From Candidatus Woesearchaeota archaeon UBA525 (GTDB lineage: Archaea; Nanobdellota; Nanobdellia; Woesearchaeales; UBA525), in NCBI GenBank assembly GCA_002498125.1, contig DAGG01000030.1:3-64002 (forward strand): a DNA stretch of 64,000 nt. Reading direction: 5' to 3'. The translations under genes were made by a program, and so were the position numbers. The first letter of the stretch is position 1. Each line of letters begins with the position of its first letter. Shown here piece after piece: positions 48,732 to 58,548 of this stretch. The notes below the pieces were generated by a model. It was not told the origin of the DNA. It made no database searches and saw nothing but the letters and a program-made list of their open reading frames with translations.

Positions 48732-50081
48732 ATGGCGCTCAAGGTCTACAATACGCTGACGAAGCAAACAGAACCATTTACCCCTATGAAGCCGGGCAAG
48801 GTGAAACTCTTCGTCTGCGGGCCGACAGTCTACGATATGCCGCACCTCGGCCATGCGAAGACCTACACGCAGTTCGATTTCATCGTCCGCTACCTACGAA
48901 AGCAATACGACGTCTTCTACCTGCAGAACATCACGGACATCGATGATAAGATCATCAACCGCGCCAAGGAACAGGACAAGAGCGCGGAGGAGATTGCGCG
49001 CCATTTCGAGAGCATCTACAAAGAGGACATGGCGAGCCTGCACAACACATCGGTAAGCGAATACGCCCGGGCGACAGAGCACATCCCGCAGATAGTGCAG
49101 CAGGTGCAGACACTCGTAGAGAAAGGATACGCCTACCACATCAGCGACGGCTACTACTTCAACCTCAAGAAGTTCTCTGACTACGGCAAGCTCTCAGGCA
49201 GGATTACACTACAGGAGAACGACGCAGTGTCACGCATCGACGAGAACGAGGAGAAGCAGAACAAGGGAGACTTCTGCCTCTGGAAATCCGCGAAGCCAGG
49301 AGAGCCGTCATGGGACACGCCGCTTGGCGCAGGAAGGCCTGGCTGGCACATCGAGGACACGGCAATCACCGAGCAGCTGCTCGGCCCGCAGTACGACGTG
49401 CATGGCGGCGCTGTCGACCTGATATTCCCGCACCACGAGGCAGAGATAGCGCAGATGGAGTCGGCATCAGGCAAGAAGCCGCTCGTCCGCTACTGGCTGC
49501 ACACCGCATTCCTTAATATCAACAGCGAGAAAATGTCAAAGAGCAAGGACAACTTCAAGACCATCCGCGACGCGCTCAAGGAGTATAACTACAAGGTACT
49601 GCGCTACTTCTTCCTCAGCCAGCACTACCGCACACAGATGGATTTCAGCGCCGATAGCCTGGAGAACGCGAAGAACGGACTGCAGCGCATCAACGACTTC
49701 CTCCTCACACTAGAGGACCGAGATGACAGCGAGCACCTTCCCGCAATCGAGGATTGCAGGACGAAATTCTATGAGATGCTCGATGACGATTTCGACACGC
49801 CAAAAGCCCTCGCCACGCTCTTCGATTTCATCAAGCTCATGAACACGAAAGGCGGCGCGGGCAGGAACGTGCGCGCGCTCTTCGTCGAGATCGACACATT
49901 CTTTGATTACATGACGCTGGAGCTCGACATCCCGCAAGAAGTGCGGGAGCTCGCGGCGAAGCGTCAAGAGGCGAGAACGGCAAAAGACTGGGCTGCATCA
50001 GACACGCTGCGCGATGAGATCAAGGCAAAAGGCTATCTTGTCGACGACAAGAAGGACGGGTATGTGATAAGGAAAGCATAA
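48732..50081 (+). CDS. cysS: Cysteine--tRNA ligase
   Basis: CGPTVYD, HLGH, GRPGWHIE, FPHHE, KMSKS. Confidence 0.97.
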   Translation: MALKVYNTLTKQTEPFTPMKPGKVKLFVCGPTVYDMPHLGHAKTYTQFDFIVRYLRKQYDVFYLQNITDIDDKIINRAKEQDKSAEEIARHFESIYKEDMASLHNTSVSEYARATEHIPQIVQQVQTLVEKGYAYHISDGYYFNLKKFSDYGKLSGRITLQENDAVSRIDENEEKQNKGDFCLWKSAKPGEPSWDTPLGAGRPGWHIEDTAITEQLLGPQYDVHGGAVDLIFPHHEAEIAQMESASGKKPLVRYWLHTAFLNINSEKMSKSKDNFKTIRDALKEYNYKVLRYFFLSQHYRTQMDFSADSLENAKNGLQRINDFLLTLEDRDDSEHLPAIEDCRTKFYEMLDDDFDTPKALATLFDFIKLMNTKGGAGRNVRALFVEIDTFFDYMTLELDIPQEVRELAAKRQEARTAKDWAASDTLRDEIKAKGYLVDDKKDGYVIRKA

Positions 50082-50118
50082 AAGTCATGCCAGACTCCTG
50101 AACATTGGAGGCGATACC

Positions 50119-50430
50119 ATGATAGCAGTCAGAACGACAGAATCAACACTGGAGAAAATGCAACGCGAAGGGTTCGAACGCGGCAGCAGGATTGAGCTCA
50201 TACTGAAGAAAGGAGCAGAGTACGACAGTTGGGCACCGGCAGGAGCATGCGACCTAGCAGGTTACGAACCCGGCGATGGGATGACAAATGAGCCAGGACT
50301 CAAAATCCTGGGGTACGTCATGGCCATCAAGGATTCTCGTGTAGAGATAGCGCACGGATGGGAAGGGGAGAGGCCTGCTCGTCTCGGCGGCATATACGCG
50401 TGCGAAGAAACTATCTACGACTTCAAATAA
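50119..50430 (+). CDS. Hypothetical protein
   Basis: GGAGG SD; fills the gap between cysS and valS. Confidence 0.6.
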   Translation: MIAVRTTESTLEKMQREGFERGSRIELILKKGAEYDSWAPAGACDLAGYEPGDGMTNEPGLKILGYVMAIKDSRVEIAHGWEGERPARLGGIYACEETIYDFK

Positions 50431-50452
50431 TTTTTTCACTTTTTTCTTTATC

Positions 50453-52852
50453 CTACTCGACCTTCACGTCGAACCCACCCTTCTGGTGCGTGAAGCCCTG
50501 CGCCTTGGTCGTGCTCAGGAGGTCGTTCTCCGCTAGCGTCAGGTCAACATCTGTCGTGACCGACAGTTTGACGAGCGGCGCGTTCATCGCGAGCTTGTTC
50601 GCGGTCTTGTGCCTGCGAACAGTCTCGATGACCTTCACGACCTCAGCGCCGACAATCTCCGCCTGCTGGTCAGACCAATCCTCGCGGAACTGGGACAGCA
50701 ACGCGAGATGCACGCTGCTCTTACCGTCAATCTTCGCGAAGCGGAGCTGGTAGATCTCCTCAGTGACGAACGGCATGAATGGAGCGAACATCTTAACCAT
50801 GGCCGATAGGACGTGCTGGAGCGCGAACTGCGCGCTGCGCTTTTGCATCTCGTCCTTCGGCTCGTAGATACGTCCCTTGGATATCTCGAGGTAGTTGTCG
50901 CAGAAATCGCTCCAGAAGAACTGTTCAAGGACCATCTTCGCCCGAGCATGCTCGTAGGCGGCGAACGCGTCGTGGTACTCCTTTGAAACACGGTTCATCC
51001 TGCTGAGAATCCAACGATCCATTATCTCGAGCTCATCGAAACGGCCAGTCCATTCATCGTGGTAGTCAGAGAGGTTGAGGAGCGCGAAACGGCTCGCGTT
51101 CCAGAGCTTCGTCATGGTGCGATTGCCCTCTTTGAGCTCGTTCTCGTTGAACGGGACGTCCTCGCCGAGTTTCGTGCCGGCGGCCCAGTAACGGACCACG
51201 TCTGCGCAGTACTTATCTATGATGGCGCGCGGGTCGATGACATTGCCCTTGCTCTTGCTCATCTTCTCGCCCTTGGGATCGGTGACATAGCCTGAGATTA
51301 CGATGTTCTTCCACGGGACCACGCCGTTGTTGAGGTGCGCCTTGACTATTGTATAGAACGCCCAGGTCCTGATGATGTCCTGCGCCTGCGGGCGCATGCT
51401 GGTCGGCATGAGCCGCTGCGCCTTTGCGGAGTCCTCATTCCAGCCCAGGATTATCTGCGGCGTGACGCTGCTCGTCGCCCATGTGTCCATCACATCAGTC
51501 TCGGGCGTGAGCTCAAGGTTGGCAGGAGCGGATTTCGGTCTGTCAGTGAACGGGTCGACGGGCAGCTGGTCTTCATCCGCCACGTACACTTGACCGTCTT
51601 TGCCGTACCATACAGGGAACGGTACGCCGAAGTGGCGCTGGCGGCTGATGCACCAGTCCCAGTTCAGGTTTTCCACCCAGTGCTTGTAGCGCACCTGCAT
51701 GAATTCGGGGTGCCATTCGATCTCTTCGCCGCGCTTGACGAGCGTGTCCTTAATGTCGAGTACCTTGACGTACCACTGCCAGGTCTTGAGGAATTCGATG
51801 CCTGTGCCGCAGCGTTCGTGGACGTTCACTGCGTGCGTTATCTGTTTCTGCCCGAGCAGCCTGCCTTCAGCCTGGAGATCATCTAAGATCTGCTTACGCG
51901 CGTCCTTCATGCTGAGACCTGCGTATTTACCTGCGAGTTCGTTCAGCTTGCCGTATGGCGTGAATATGACGCGCGTGTCCAGCTTGTGGCGGAACCACTT
52001 ATCCACGTCGTCCTTGTCGCCGAACGTGCAGACCATCATGAGACCTGTGCCTTTCTCCAGCTCGACCTTATCGTCGAGGATAAGCGGCACCTCATAATTG
52101 AGGAGCGGGACCATGACTTTCTTGCCATGGTATTTCGCGTAACGCTTGTCCTCTGGGTGCGCCGCCAGAGCGACACATGCCGGGATGAGCTCAGGGCGCG
52201 TGGTCGCTATGGTGACGTGCTCGTCGCCGATGCTGAAATTGATGTCGTTGAAGCTGCTCTGCTGGTCGACGTTGTCGAATTCTGCCTGCGCTATCGCGGT
52301 CTGGCACTGCACGCACCACGCGACAGGGCTCTCGAGGCGGTAGACCCTGTCCTTGCGGAAGAGGTCGATGAAGCTGCGCTGGCTTGTCGCTTGGCAGCGG
52401 GGATCGATGGTCGAGTAGGTGGTGTTGAAGTCGCAGCTCATGCCGAGGCGCTTCCAGTCGCTGATGAAGTCAGGTTTGATCTCCTGGATAGTGTCGAAGC
52501 AGAGTTTGCGGAACTCTGCACGGTCCATCCGCGTGGACTTCACGCCCTTGAGCTTCTCCACGAGGCGTTCTGTCGGCAGGCCGTTATCATCCGTTCCGAA
52601 CGGGAAGAAGACCATGCCGCCGGTCCGCATGCGGTTGTAGCGCGCGTAGAAATCCTGCTGCGCGTAGCTGTAGGCGTGGCCGATGTGCATCTTGCCGCTG
52701 ACCGTGGGCGGCGGCGTGTCTATGGTGAAGCTCTCCTCACTCGGCTCGTGCACATACGTGCCGTCCTGCTCCCAACGTTGCTGCCACTTAGGCTCGCTCG
52801 CTTTCGAGTCGTACCTCGCCGGGAGGTCTGCTTCTGCCACAGGGTTGGTCAT
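50453..52852 (-). CDS. valS: Valine--tRNA ligase (archaeal type)
   Basis: DTPPPTVSGKMHIGH, DWCISRQR, KMSKS. Confidence 0.97.
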   Translation of the reverse strand: MTNPVAEADLPARYDSKASEPKWQQRWEQDGTYVHEPSEESFTIDTPPPTVSGKMHIGHAYSYAQQDFYARYNRMRTGGMVFFPFGTDDNGLPTERLVEKLKGVKSTRMDRAEFRKLCFDTIQEIKPDFISDWKRLGMSCDFNTTYSTIDPRCQATSQRSFIDLFRKDRVYRLESPVAWCVQCQTAIAQAEFDNVDQQSSFNDINFSIGDEHVTIATTRPELIPACVALAAHPEDKRYAKYHGKKVMVPLLNYEVPLILDDKVELEKGTGLMMVCTFGDKDDVDKWFRHKLDTRVIFTPYGKLNELAGKYAGLSMKDARKQILDDLQAEGRLLGQKQITHAVNVHERCGTGIEFLKTWQWYVKVLDIKDTLVKRGEEIEWHPEFMQVRYKHWVENLNWDWCISRQRHFGVPFPVWYGKDGQVYVADEDQLPVDPFTDRPKSAPANLELTPETDVMDTWATSSVTPQIILGWNEDSAKAQRLMPTSMRPQAQDIIRTWAFYTIVKAHLNNGVVPWKNIVISGYVTDPKGEKMSKSKGNVIDPRAIIDKYCADVVRYWAAGTKLGEDVPFNENELKEGNRTMTKLWNASRFALLNLSDYHDEWTGRFDELEIMDRWILSRMNRVSKEYHDAFAAYEHARAKMVLEQFFWSDFCDNYLEISKGRIYEPKDEMQKRSAQFALQHVLSAMVKMFAPFMPFVTEEIYQLRFAKIDGKSSVHLALLSQFREDWSDQQAEIVGAEVVKVIETVRRHKTANKLAMNAPLVKLSVTTDVDLTLAENDLLSTTKAQGFTHQKGGFDVKVE

Positions 52853-52894
52853 ATGGCATACGGGCTACAGGGACGCTTTTAAAGGTTTTGTGGC

Positions 52895-53092
52895 GGCGCC
52901 TTCACGGCGCTTCCTACGACCCATTCTCGCTGCGGGCAAGACGTTCTCATCCTTCGAACACTGTTTCGGTGCTCACCTCGTTTCTTCGCTACCGCTCGAA
53001 ACACGGAGGAAAGCATCACTTTCCTCGTGCTGGGATTCTCCGAATCCACGGCATTCGCACCTCAGAACTATTCCAAGGCAGCCATTCTGGCA
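52895..53092. other. Hairpin-dense intergenic element (MITE-like or ncRNA)
   Basis: GCGCC/GGCGC, GAGGAAAG/CTTTCCTC, GGATTC/GAATCC and GCCA/TGGC stems. Confidence 0.4.
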
Positions 53093-53179
53093 ATAGAGAA
53101 TGTAAAATAGGATAAGTCACAGAAAACGGAAAAATTAGAGAACAAATAGAAGATGTAAGAGAATAAGTTAGAAAATAAC

Positions 53180-53827
53180 TTACTTCGCGCTAATTCTAAG
53201 CAATGCCTCATGCGCCCGCAGCAGGTCCTTCTCGTCCATGAAGATGGAGATAGTCGGGTAGACGCTAAAGATGAGCACGATGTTGATACCCTGCGTCGCG
53301 AGCTCATTCGATATGCGTGAGAGCACTCCCTTGGTGTCCCAGCCCTTCTGCGTAAGCGTGATGCTAAGCTCGACAAGTCCTTTCTGGATCTCCTCCACAG
53401 CAGACTCCGGGAAGAAGCTCTTCGCCTTGGCCTGGCTGTCACGGTCGACGACTATCTGCACCTCGTGGCGCGTCTTGATGAGGCGGAACACGTCGTTCTT
53501 GAGGAAGTCCTCATGCGCCATGAGCTGGCCGATGTACTTGTACGTGTTGCTCGTGTTGCGGAGCGTGATGAGGCTGATGTTCGTCTTCGTGCTGATGACT
53601 GCCTCCTGCAGACCCTTCGTGATCCTGGCATAGTCGTCCTGGATGGTCTCGTCGGCCTTGTAACGACGGATAGCGCTGATGACAGAATCGAGACTACCCT
53701 TGATCTGGTAGGTATCGAGGATGTACTGGCTAAGCGCCGAGACATTGATGATGCCGCGCTCAAGGTCCTTCTTAATGGTGATGTCGTTATCCAGAATCTC
53801 CCAAACCTGCTTCGTGATACTGGTCAT
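53180..53827 (-). CDS. Archaeal ACT-domain-containing protein
   Basis: GIINVSALS N domain; C-terminal GVLSRISNELATQGINI ACT motif. Confidence 0.85.
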   Translation of the reverse strand: MTSITKQVWEILDNDITIKKDLERGIINVSALSQYILDTYQIKGSLDSVISAIRRYKADETIQDDYARITKGLQEAVISTKTNISLITLRNTSNTYKYIGQLMAHEDFLKNDVFRLIKTRHEVQIVVDRDSQAKAKSFFPESAVEEIQKGLVELSITLTQKGWDTKGVLSRISNELATQGINIVLIFSVYPTISIFMDEKDLLRAHEALLRISAK

Positions 53828-53968
53828 AGGTTAAAAGGAGTTGACAACCCTTTATAATCCTTATGCTACAACGGTCAGGCCTCGTCGGAGAGAAAATGTT
53901 AAGCACATTCACTCCCTGGGAGGCGCCCCTCATCAACTTTAAAAAGAGCCGATACCAAGGAAGCGTCC

Positions 53969-54256
53969 ATGGGACTGTTCTCCTCCAATCCGAAGAGCGA
54001 CGCGAGCGTAGCGAAGAACGCAGCGCGCGAAGCAGCGAGCAACTACTACGCGATACATGCCGAGCTTTCCAAGATAGCGCAGGAGCTTGACACACTGGAA
54101 GGCCTCCTCACATCGAAGGACTCAGGCCACACGATGAGCAGCGTCAAGCGCATGATGAAAGCGCACAGGCACAACTCCGCCAAAATCGCCTACAGCCTGG
54201 GAACCGTCAGGAAGCAGCTCAAGCAGGCAGCAGAGACACTAAAGGCAAGGCGCTGA
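53969..54256 (+). CDS. Hypothetical helical protein
   Basis: TATA at ~53938, leaderless start. Confidence 0.65.
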   Translation: MGLFSSNPKSDASVAKNAAREAASNYYAIHAELSKIAQELDTLEGLLTSKDSGHTMSSVKRMMKAHRHNSAKIAYSLGTVRKQLKQAAETLKARR

Positions 54257-54294
54257 GCGGAGAATTTTATAAACCGCCCGCGATTCCCCTGAGC

Positions 54295-54546
54295 ATGAAT
54301 GTCGTCAACCTGGCAGAGTACCGTCGAGCACGGGAACTCAAGCGATTGAACCGTCTTTACGAAATCGTCACGCTCGAGCTAGCGCTCGGAAACGAAGCAA
54401 TTCTCGGAACAGACTTCCTGGCTTCCGGCAGGGAGTACGCTGCGCACACATACAGACGCGCCGAAGAGATGTACCTGCAACTGGGAGAACCGGATTGCGA
54501 AGCGCGGGAAGAATGTCAACGACTCGCGCAGGGAACGCTCTACTAA
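54295..54546 (+). CDS. Hypothetical protein
   Basis: TATA at ~54266, leaderless start. Confidence 0.6.
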   Translation: MNVVNLAEYRRARELKRLNRLYEIVTLELALGNEAILGTDFLASGREYAAHTYRRAEEMYLQLGEPDCEAREECQRLAQGTLY

Positions 54547-54827
54547 CGCACACCGGCCCGCTTGTTCACGACCTGCAACTGCTCTACTGCTTTGATCGTC
54601 GCATTCACCTGGTTGATGCGCAGAGATATCCTCTCAAGCTCCTTATTATCGTACTCCGCCGCACGTTCCTCGTTGATGATGAAGTAGAGCTTGTTAAGGC
54701 CCTTGAGCACTCCATCGAGTTCCTTCTGCGATATCTCGATGACTGGGTCATGCTTGTTCCACGCGAGCACCTTACTGATAATCTCGCGTTGTGTCTTGTC
54801 AATCGTGTCGTGATGGAACCAGCTCAT
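54543..54827 (-). CDS. Hypothetical protein
   Basis: TATA-like element at ~54853; start MSWF. Confidence 0.6.
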   Translation of the reverse strand: MSWFHHDTIDKTQREIISKVLAWNKHDPVIEISQKELDGVLKGLNKLYFIINEERAAEYDNKELERISLRINQVNATIKAVEQLQVVNKRAGVR

Positions 54828-54904
54828 GCAGATAACCCTGTGCAACGGATATTTAAGCATTATCCAAACGTACGCTTAATAAAGGAAACGCGCCACCTCA
54901 TAGC

Positions 54905-56110
54905 ATGAGGTTCACACACACTGCCGACTGCCACGTCGGCGGACATCGCGACCCGAGGCTACGCCAGCTCACTGAAGCCGCCTTCGAACGTTTCATCAGC
55001 GAGAGCATCGCCGAGCATGTTGACTTCATCATCATCGCGGGCGACCTTTTCAACACCGCCATCCCAGGGATAGACACGCTGAAGTTCACAGTGACGCAGC
55101 TTGGCCGGGCGAAAGAGAAGGGCATCCCGATTTACGCCATTCCGGGCAGCCACGACTACAGCCCGAGCGGTAAGACCATGCTCGACGTGCTGGAGGAGGC
55201 AGGTCTCCTGCGCAACGTCTGCCGCGGCGTCATAACCGATGACGGCAAGCTCAGGCTCGGATTTACAGTGGACCAAAAGACCGACGCGAAGCTGACCGGC
55301 GTGATCGGCAAGCGCGGCATGCTCGACCGCCACATCTACGACGATCTCGATCATAGCATAGCCGACGAGCCTGGCGAGAAGGTATTCCTCTTCCACACAG
55401 CACTCACAGAGCTCAAGCCCAAGCATCTGCAGGAGATGGAGTCATACCCGATAAGCTTCCTGCCCAAGGGCTTCACGTACTACGCTGGCGGTCACGTGCA
55501 CATCGTGGAGCGCTACGCAGAGAAAGGCTATGACAACGTCATCTATCCAGGGCCGCTCTTCCCGAACAGCTTCAGCGAACTGGAGAAGCTCCAGCACGGC
55601 GGCTACTTCCTCTACGACGACGGTAAAGTGGTCCGCAAAGAGCTGCCGCTACGCGAAGTCATCGCTGTCCGCTTTGATGCTGAGGGTATGGATGCGCAGG
55701 ACGCGAATAGAGCCCTGCATGAGCAAGCAGAAGCTATCAAGGCCAAGGGCGCCATCGTCCTCCTGCGGCTTGAAGGTACGCTCTCAAGCGGCAGCCCGAA
55801 TGACATCGACCTGCGCGATATCGTGCACATCATCGAACGCAATGGTGCACACATCGTGCTGCGTAACACTTCTCGCCTCACGAGTCCCGAGTTCATGGCG
55901 TTGCAGCTGAAAGTCGAGGAGCCGCACCAGATAGAAGAGCAGCTGCTGACAGACCACGCAGACCAGCTCAGCTTGCCCGACGCAGACGGTCCGCGCCTCG
56001 CGCGCGATCTCCTCAAGCTCCTCAGCCGCGAGCAGCACGAAGGCGAGAAAGTCTACGAGTACCAGGAGCGTCTCGTGAATGAAGCACTGGACCTGCTAGA
56101 CAGGAAATGA
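54905..56110 (+). CDS. mre11: Mre11/SbcD nuclease
   Basis: HTADCHVG, AGDLF, GSHD, GGHVH, YPG. Confidence 0.92.
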   Translation: MRFTHTADCHVGGHRDPRLRQLTEAAFERFISESIAEHVDFIIIAGDLFNTAIPGIDTLKFTVTQLGRAKEKGIPIYAIPGSHDYSPSGKTMLDVLEEAGLLRNVCRGVITDDGKLRLGFTVDQKTDAKLTGVIGKRGMLDRHIYDDLDHSIADEPGEKVFLFHTALTELKPKHLQEMESYPISFLPKGFTYYAGGHVHIVERYAEKGYDNVIYPGPLFPNSFSELEKLQHGGYFLYDDGKVVRKELPLREVIAVRFDAEGMDAQDANRALHEQAEAIKAKGAIVLLRLEGTLSSGSPNDIDLRDIVHIIERNGAHIVLRNTSRLTSPEFMALQLKVEEPHQIEEQLLTDHADQLSLPDADGPRLARDLLKLLSREQHEGEKVYEYQERLVNEALDLLDRK

Positions 56111-56686
56111 TTACTGGTGCGTTTTCCTGACTATGGCCTGGCGCAGGAATAGCGCATTGGGGATGAAGAAGATATCGCCGTTCTTGCGCTTGAGCCGCAC
56201 ATCAGTGAGCGTCAAGTCGAGTACTCTGCCCTGGATGACGCCCGTTGAGTGCATGACCACAATCTCATCACCCACACGGATGCCTTTTCGCGTGAGCGCG
56301 CCGCGCGCGAGGAAATTCGGCACGACCTCTATGCCTGCAAGGACCCATGAGACGAGCACTACAAACACGATGAGTAAGAGGAGCAGCGTGAAGACCTCGG
56401 AGAGGACTGAGAGCGTACCGAGCGCGATAATTACTGTCACGACGTAGATAATCCTCACAATAGATCTCCTGATGGCGCGTGCGTAGTTCCGGCGAGCGCC
56501 GAACACCTTAGTGAGCCGCTCATCGAGCTCGATGCGCGAGAAGAGTCTGCGAAGCATGCCTTCAAGTATCTTGCCGATGACAAGGCCGAAGAGGATGATT
56601 ACGAGCGCAATGGTCACCTTGTTCAGGTAGAACGACATATCCTGGAAGAGCGACTCAGCGTCGAGGAGCAAATCGGCAATCGCCAT
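56111..56686 (-). CDS. Small mechanosensitive channel (MscS-like)
   Basis: TM helices; IRVGDEI...G.V...IPN. Confidence 0.85.
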   Translation of the reverse strand: MAIADLLLDAESLFQDMSFYLNKVTIALVIILFGLVIGKILEGMLRRLFSRIELDERLTKVFGARRNYARAIRRSIVRIIYVVTVIIALGTLSVLSEVFTLLLLLIVFVVLVSWVLAGIEVVPNFLARGALTRKGIRVGDEIVVMHSTGVIQGRVLDLTLTDVRLKRKNGDIFFIPNALFLRQAIVRKTHQ

Positions 56687-56721
56687 GGCATCAACGCATG
56701 CGAGACAGGTTAAAAAGCTTG

Positions 56722-58548
56722 CTATGCCCCGACGGGAGAGATGGCCTGATCCATAGTCTTCTCCACCTCTATGCGCAGGAGCGCCTCGAGCAGCGTGCTC
56801 GCGCTCCAAGCCTGCGAATGGCATCCGTCAGCCTCCTGCTGCCGCGCAGCCGATACCTCGCTCACGTGGCCGCAGAATCCCATACCAAGCAGGTCACGCA
56901 TACTGGCGCCGACAATGGCGCGCGTCTTTTCACCGTAGCGCACGGGATCTATCGCGTGCATCGCCATCGCGGCGATGTTGTTGATGAAATACCACGAATC
57001 GCCGCGATGGTAGCTTGCGACATCTTCACCCGAGTAATCAGCGTGGAAGTTGTGGTCTGATGCGCCGATGCTCGAGAGGCCACCCCAGGAAAGCCAGAGC
57101 GATGGCAACGCCGTGGCGAAGAAGCGAGACCACATATCATCAGTGAAGAGCTTCGGAGCGACGTACCATGCTAGGAACAGGTTCGGACGCACACGGCGGT
57201 CAGGTGTGCCGTCGGAGAATAAGCCGTCGAGGAGCGTATCACCTTCGACAAGGCGTTCGTGCACAGCGCGGAGCATAGCCTGTGCGGCATCACTGCGCTC
57301 CTTCGCGACAGGCGTGCGTGTGAGAGCGCAGAGGTGCGCGTGAGCGTCATAGAGCGCGAGGTGCAACGCCTGTATCTCGATGCGCGCGCCCGCCCTGCCA
57401 TCATCATTGCTGCGCGTGTCCATCCATGTGGTGCACGACTCGCTCCAGATAAGCCCGTCGCGCATGCGCGATCGCGCCTGGTCGAGCAGCATGCCGGTCT
57501 TGTCCCGCCATGCAGCGATGCGCTGTGCAGGGAGCTGATGCAGGATGCCCTCATCGCTGAGACGCACGAGCAGGTCGCGCGTGCGTTTACCTAGCCAACC
57601 CGGAGCGTCGCTGCTCGTCAGCCCCTGATCAGGGTATATTGCTGGCAGCGTACCGTCAGCGCGAACAGCACCGTACCATTTGTCAAGTATTGCGATGGTC
57701 TTGCTGTAGCTCTTGGCGGCGAGCAGACCGCCAAGTGATGTGAGCTCGTCACGGCTCCATTCCTGGAAGAACCACGGTAGTCCTGCGAGAATCCCAGTAT
57801 CGGTCTCAAGCGAGTGCAGCGAGCGCCATGCAAGGAGCGGCAACGCTGGGAGCGCAGGGTCATCGGCCGGAGGGATCTTCGCATCGAGCAGCCATGCCGC
57901 CTTGCGGCGCGCGTCATCGGCTGATGCGCCTAACGCCACGGAGACTGCCCCTTCACCTTCGATCGAGAGGAGATCGAACACCCACGGTGTGCTGTGCGTG
58001 CCTCGACGGACATCGTACCCGTAGCTGACCTCGCGCCATCGTTGCAGCAGCTGTGCGCGCATCGTCGTCGCGACAGCGACGTGCAGAACATACTCAATAG
58101 ACGATAGAGATGCATCGTGGTACTTCGTATAACTGATAGAGAACAGATGCCTACCGTCGACTTCTGAGTGTTCGACGGAGTACATCCTTCCCTGCTCCGA
58201 TTCATCGTAGAACCGCTTGCAGTCAAGTGTGACCACGGACGCGCCGCTTGCACGCATCAGCATCCCGTCATGCAGTAGCGAGAACTCCTGCCTGCCTTGT
58301 GCAGTCTCGCGCACTGCGGACCTACCATCGAGCACGAGCCCTGAGACCTTGTCTTGCGGCGCGATGTCCCAAAGGATCTTCGCATACGTCCCGAGTGCAT
58401 CGACATGACGGCAGTAACCGAAATAATTAGATGCGTTAGGCGAACTGAGCGCAAGGTATCCGCGATTCCCATCAGTGATGAGGAATGCAGAATCAGCAGA
58501 CTGCGCATTGATCTCCCCTCCGTTGCAGCGGTGAGTGACCCGTGTCAT
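56722..58548 (-). CDS. Amylo-alpha-1,6-glucosidase (glycogen debranching enzyme)
   Basis: AGLPWFFQEWSRDE, TWMD, RPN, YHRGDSW, QAWS. Confidence 0.92.
   Translation of the reverse strand: MTRVTHRCNGGEINAQSADSAFLITDGNRGYLALSSPNASNYFGYCRHVDALGTYAKILWDIAPQDKVSGLVLDGRSAVRETAQGRQEFSLLHDGMLMRASGASVVTLDCKRFYDESEQGRMYSVEHSEVDGRHLFSISYTKYHDASLSSIEYVLHVAVATTMRAQLLQRWREVSYGYDVRRGTHSTPWVFDLLSIEGEGAVSVALGASADDARRKAAWLLDAKIPPADDPALPALPLLAWRSLHSLETDTGILAGLPWFFQEWSRDELTSLGGLLAAKSYSKTIAILDKWYGAVRADGTLPAIYPDQGLTSSDAPGWLGKRTRDLLVRLSDEGILHQLPAQRIAAWRDKTGMLLDQARSRMRDGLIWSESCTTWMDTRSNDDGRAGARIEIQALHLALYDAHAHLCALTRTPVAKERSDAAQAMLRAVHERLVEGDTLLDGLFSDGTPDRRVRPNLFLAWYVAPKLFTDDMWSRFFATALPSLWLSWGGLSSIGASDHNFHADYSGEDVASYHRGDSWYFINNIAAMAMHAIDPVRYGEKTRAIVGASMRDLLGMGFCGHVSEVSAARQQEADGCHSQAWSASTLLEALLRIEVEKTMDQAISPVGA

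Noticed and set aside
54905..56110. Mre11 without adjacent Rad50 as a defence system
   Set aside because: Unlinked repair genes are unremarkable in these genomes; no defence-type neighbours
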